Below the pieces are notes generated by a model. The model did not search any database and had not been told where the DNA came from. It was given only the letters and a program-made list of their open reading frames with translations. A stretch of DNA of 60,743 bases. Source: Octopus bimaculoides (lineage: Eukaryota). Below, piece by piece: positions 1 to 60,743 of the stretch (positions within the stretch are counted from its first letter, which is position 1; every line of letters starts with the position of its first letter). The stretch is taken from assembly GCF_001194135.2 (NCBI RefSeq), contig NC_068986.1, positions 116,980,415-117,041,157 of the forward strand, read 5' to 3'. Both the position numbers and the translations under genes were made by a program.

Positions 1-330
1 TCCAGACCGGGCGTTGTGAGTGTTTATTGACCGAAAACACCTAAAGCTCCACGAGGCTCCGGCAGGGGATGGTGGCGAACCCTGCTGTACTCTTTCACCA
101 CAACTTTCTCTCACTCTTACTTCCTGTTTCTGTTGTGCGTGTAATTGAAAGGGTCAGCCTTGTCACACTGTGTCACGCTGAATATCCCCGAGAACTATGT
201 TAAGGGTACACATGTCAGTGGAGTTCTCAGCCACTTGCACATTAATTTCACGAGCAGGCTGTTCCGTTGATCGGATCAACTGAAACCCCCGTCGTCGTAA
301 GCGACGGAGTGCCAACACAACACACACATA
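1..330 (+). mobile_element. SINE 3' portion whose tail is shared with the 5105-5420 and 22440-22740 elements
   Basis: CAGCCTTGTCACA...CTCAGCCACTTGCAC.TTAATT..AC.AGCAGG...GATCAACTG. Confidence 0.7.
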
Positions 331-938
331 TGGCTAGACATCATCACCATCATCTTCACCATCACAGTTTTGTATAATATCCATTTTTACAATGCAAACA
401 TGGTTTTTATAAGATGCTGTATTTCTTGTATCCACACAATCTTCATCTGTTCATCTTGACTCTCTGTTTCATCTGTGAGATGAAGTTTTTTTTTTAAATA
501 TGCTCTTGTGAAGTTTTTCTTGTTTTTCTTCTTCTGCCATGGTCACTTCCAATTGGCTGAGGTGTTAGAGTGTGCGACAAAATGCTTCATACTGTTTCTT
601 CTGATTCTCTATGGTCTGGGATCAACCCTGACCAAAGTCAACATTGCTATTCATTCTTTCAGAGTCATTAACCAAGCAGACCCTTGGTCAAGCATATTCC
701 AGCCATGGTCATTCCATCATTTTCTCTAGACCCCACAGCGCATCCCACCTTTTTTTTTTGTAACAGTAGGGAGATATGACTGTTATTTCTAGGAGGTTGT
801 GATAAAATTGAGAGAGTGAGGGATGGTTAGAGAGGGTGTGTGGATATAAAGAACTGGTATTGATGGATGAGAAGTAAAAGATAGAAAAAAAAAAGATGAA
901 AAATATTTTATTTGAAATTCTTTTTTTTTTTTTTGTAG

Positions 939-59609
<58,671 letters not shown>

Positions 59610-60114
59610 GTCAGTTGGTTCTTTTGTTAAATTTTTTATTTTATTCTCTTCTATCTAGCTTGTTGGTTAAGCCAGATAAGGTTCTCAACATTCTGTAAAC
59701 ATTTGTTTGAAAACAATAGTATTCTATATTGTGTGCTTGTAAAGGTCTGGGAATTGGTACACTGCTACTAAATCACTTTTTCTTTATTAGATATTAACAT
59801 TTCTTGCCATGCCTTGGTAAAATTAAGCTATAAATAAAACATTCTCTTTGTTAGCAACTGAAGAAAATAAAATGTGTATGTGAGTGTGTGTATATGTAAA
59901 CGCTTTAACCCTTTCGATACCAATCCGGCTGAAACCGCCTCTGGCTCTGTAGTACAAATATCTTGTTTTCATAAGTTTTGATTTATAATCTTCCACTAAA
60001 CCTTAGTCACAATTTATGTTCTTACATTAGTTGAATGATAACTAAGTTATTTTACTAAATTCTTTGTTATATTTAAAATTGAAAGAAATTCAGAGCATCT
60101 CAAAATAATTACGG

Positions 60115-60460
60115 TGACAGTGAGATGGGGTGTGTAGGTGGAACACCCCGGTTGGAGGCTAGCAGAGAACTGTGATACAATGGCACAGGGCCAAGAAGAC
60201 AGGATTGGGGAGTGGGAGTTAAGCATCGTGCATGAAGTGGAAATGTAAAGAAGAGAAGAGATGTAGTTTGGTTTGCTGTGGTAGAGTGTGTGAGAAGTTT
60301 TGTTATGTCTGGGTGAGACACACACCACTTCGAGAACTCAGTTTCACTGACGTAGGTGGGTCTTCTCAAGAACTTCATATCGCCAGACATCTTGTCCATT
60401 GTCATTTCCTCCATGAGGCGCAACATCCTGAGATCAGTCCTTACCACTTCATCCCATATC
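60115..60460 (-). mobile_element. RTE LINE 3' fragment, same subtype as 19860-20740
   Basis: WDEVVRTDLRMLRLMEEMTMDK, then a UTR matching 20120-20350 by eye. Confidence 0.7.
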
Positions 60461-60461
60461 A

Positions 60462-60743
60462 TCATCATCATCATCATCGTTTAACGTCCGCCTTCCATGC
60501 TAGCATGGGTTGGACGATTTGACTGAGGACTGGTGAAACTGGATGGCAACACCAGGCTCCAATCTAATTTGGCAGAGTTTCTACAGCTGGATGCCCTTCC
60601 TAACGCCAACCACTCAGAGAGTGTAGTGGGTGCTTTTACGTGTCACCCGCACGAAAACAGCCACGCTCGAAATGGTGTCTTTTATGTGCCACCCGCACAA
60701 GAGCCAGTCCAGGGGCACTGGCAACGATCTCGCTCGAAAGGCA
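60462..60743 (-). mobile_element. RTE 3' end copy, truncated by the window edge
   Basis: nearly identical to 3332-3742. Confidence 0.8.

Noticed and set aside
508-729. ORF as an upstream PI4KA exon
   Set aside because: No resemblance to the PI4KA sequence expected before AENLC, and it overlaps a decayed repeat.

Overview
AT-rich eukaryotic draft genomic DNA with N gaps. The repeat families point to an octopus/coleoid cephalopod, which is an inference. The whole window lies inside one + strand gene, phosphatidylinositol 4-kinase III alpha (PI4KA). I traced 27 GT-AG exons (939-59609) whose phases join into an uninterrupted frame of about 1,098 codons, covering the middle of the protein; the start and the kinase domain lie outside the window. 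The introns carry tRNA-derived SINEs, 5'-truncated RTE LINEs with (GAT)n tails, an R4/Dong-like LINE fragment in a TAA array, a decayed mariner, Penelope-like remnants, a 1.7 kb 30-bp minisatellite and microsatellites. Two observations stand out. First, a set of fold-back insertions, including a head-to-head tRNA-headed SINE-like dimer with a 12-bp target-site duplication that carries a minimal type I hammerhead ribozyme motif; two more hammerhead-like motifs occur elsewhere. Second, candidate regulated exons in the two 10-kb introns around the variable Ser-rich linker: a 111-nt GC-donor cassette exon and a 9-nt microexon, both followed by TGCATG (Rbfox) motifs. All alignments and folds were done by eye, with no database search.
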